Shown here piece after piece: positions 63,901 to 64,000 of a stretch of DNA of 64,000 bases (within the stretch, counting starts at the first letter, position 1; each line of letters opens with the position of its first letter). Source of the DNA: the human T2T-CHM13v2.0 reference genome, Homo sapiens; NCBI RefSeq assembly GCF_009914755.1, contig NC_060937.1; one strand, 5' to 3'. The notes under the pieces were generated by a model. The model saw nothing but the letters and a program-made list of their open reading frames with translations. It was not told where the DNA came from and did no database searches. A program made the position numbers and the translations under genes.

Positions 63901-64000
63901 TATATTATATACTGTACATAAAATACCAAAGTACCCAAAGTATATATTATATACTGTATAAAAAATATCAAAGTAGCCAAAATATGTATTATACACTGTA
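48987..64000 (+). repeat. About 2.4 tandem copies of the 6330-bp dimeric HOR (3307 bp + 3023 bp; 151 monomers)
   Basis: Landmark spacings 48987-52294-55317-58624-61647 are 3307, 3023, 3307, 3023. The 294-bp block markers at 50279, 56609, 62939 and the 10-bp insertions at 54599, 60929 are each exactly 6330 apart. Confidence 0.93.

Larger units (their letters stand above)
1..64000 (+). repeat. 42-bp AT-rich tandem satellite array, human satellite 1A (HSat1A / SAR / classical satellite I); extends beyond both window edges
   Basis: The monomer tatcaaagtacccaaaatatatattatatactgtacataaaa (42 bp) repeats head-to-tail through the whole window. Two GTAC sites per monomer give 17 bp (ACATAAAATATCAAAGT) and 25 bp (ACCCAAAATATATATTATATACTGT) pieces, the classical satellite I subunits. 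No orientation switch or foreign insertion seen. Confidence 0.97.

Noticed and set aside
210-63996. Hundreds of ORFs of 60-197 aa (YFDILCTVYNI, GTLIFYVQYII, YYILYIKYQST repeats)
   Set aside because: 42 bp equals 14 codons and three frames of the consensus lack stops. The ORFs overlap on both strands, recur with the HOR, are broken by indels and resemble no protein family I recognise.
1-64000. CRISPR-like alternation of a conserved part and a variable part
   Set aside because: The variable parts are homologous to one another and recur with HOR periodicity. There are no unique spacers, leader or cas genes.
1-64000. Alpha satellite, CENP-B boxes, HSat2/3 or HSat1B
   Set aside because: No 171-bp monomer, no CENP-B box motif seen (CpG is very scarce), no CATTC repeats and no Alu-derived sequence.
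1-64000. Inversion or transposon insertion within the array
   Set aside because: All monomers read in the same orientation and marker arithmetic accounts for every spacing, leaving no room for foreign sequence.
1-64000. TATA-box-like motifs (tatataaaa) as promoters
   Set aside because: These are expected from composition and repeat structure; there is no other promoter context.

Overview
The whole 64 kb window is one uninterrupted, single-orientation, very AT-rich tandem satellite of about 1,500 monomers of 42 bp. The + strand consensus is ACATAAAATATCAAAGT-ACCCAAAATATATATTATATACTGT, the 17+25 bp RsaI (GTAC) subunits that define human classical satellite 1 (HSat1A/SAR). I find no genes, transposons or CRISPR arrays. 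All listed ORFs are artefacts of a 14-codon repeat, but their coordinates are useful landmarks. From them the array resolves into a 72-monomer 3013-bp higher-order repeat (HOR), a 79-monomer 3307-bp variant (+294 bp), a 3023-bp variant (+10 bp) and a 6330-bp dimer (3307+3023). Between 0.6 and 35 kb these units are broken by at least eight whole-monomer duplications or deletions. From memory of the literature, 72-mer/~3 kb and 6.3 kb periods fit the chr13(/21) pericentromeric HSat1A array; I have not verified this. I see no evidence of a novel protein-coding system. The most speculative observation is that most monomers carry a strand-specific Pumilio element (UGUANAUA) inside a 27-bp quasi-palindrome.
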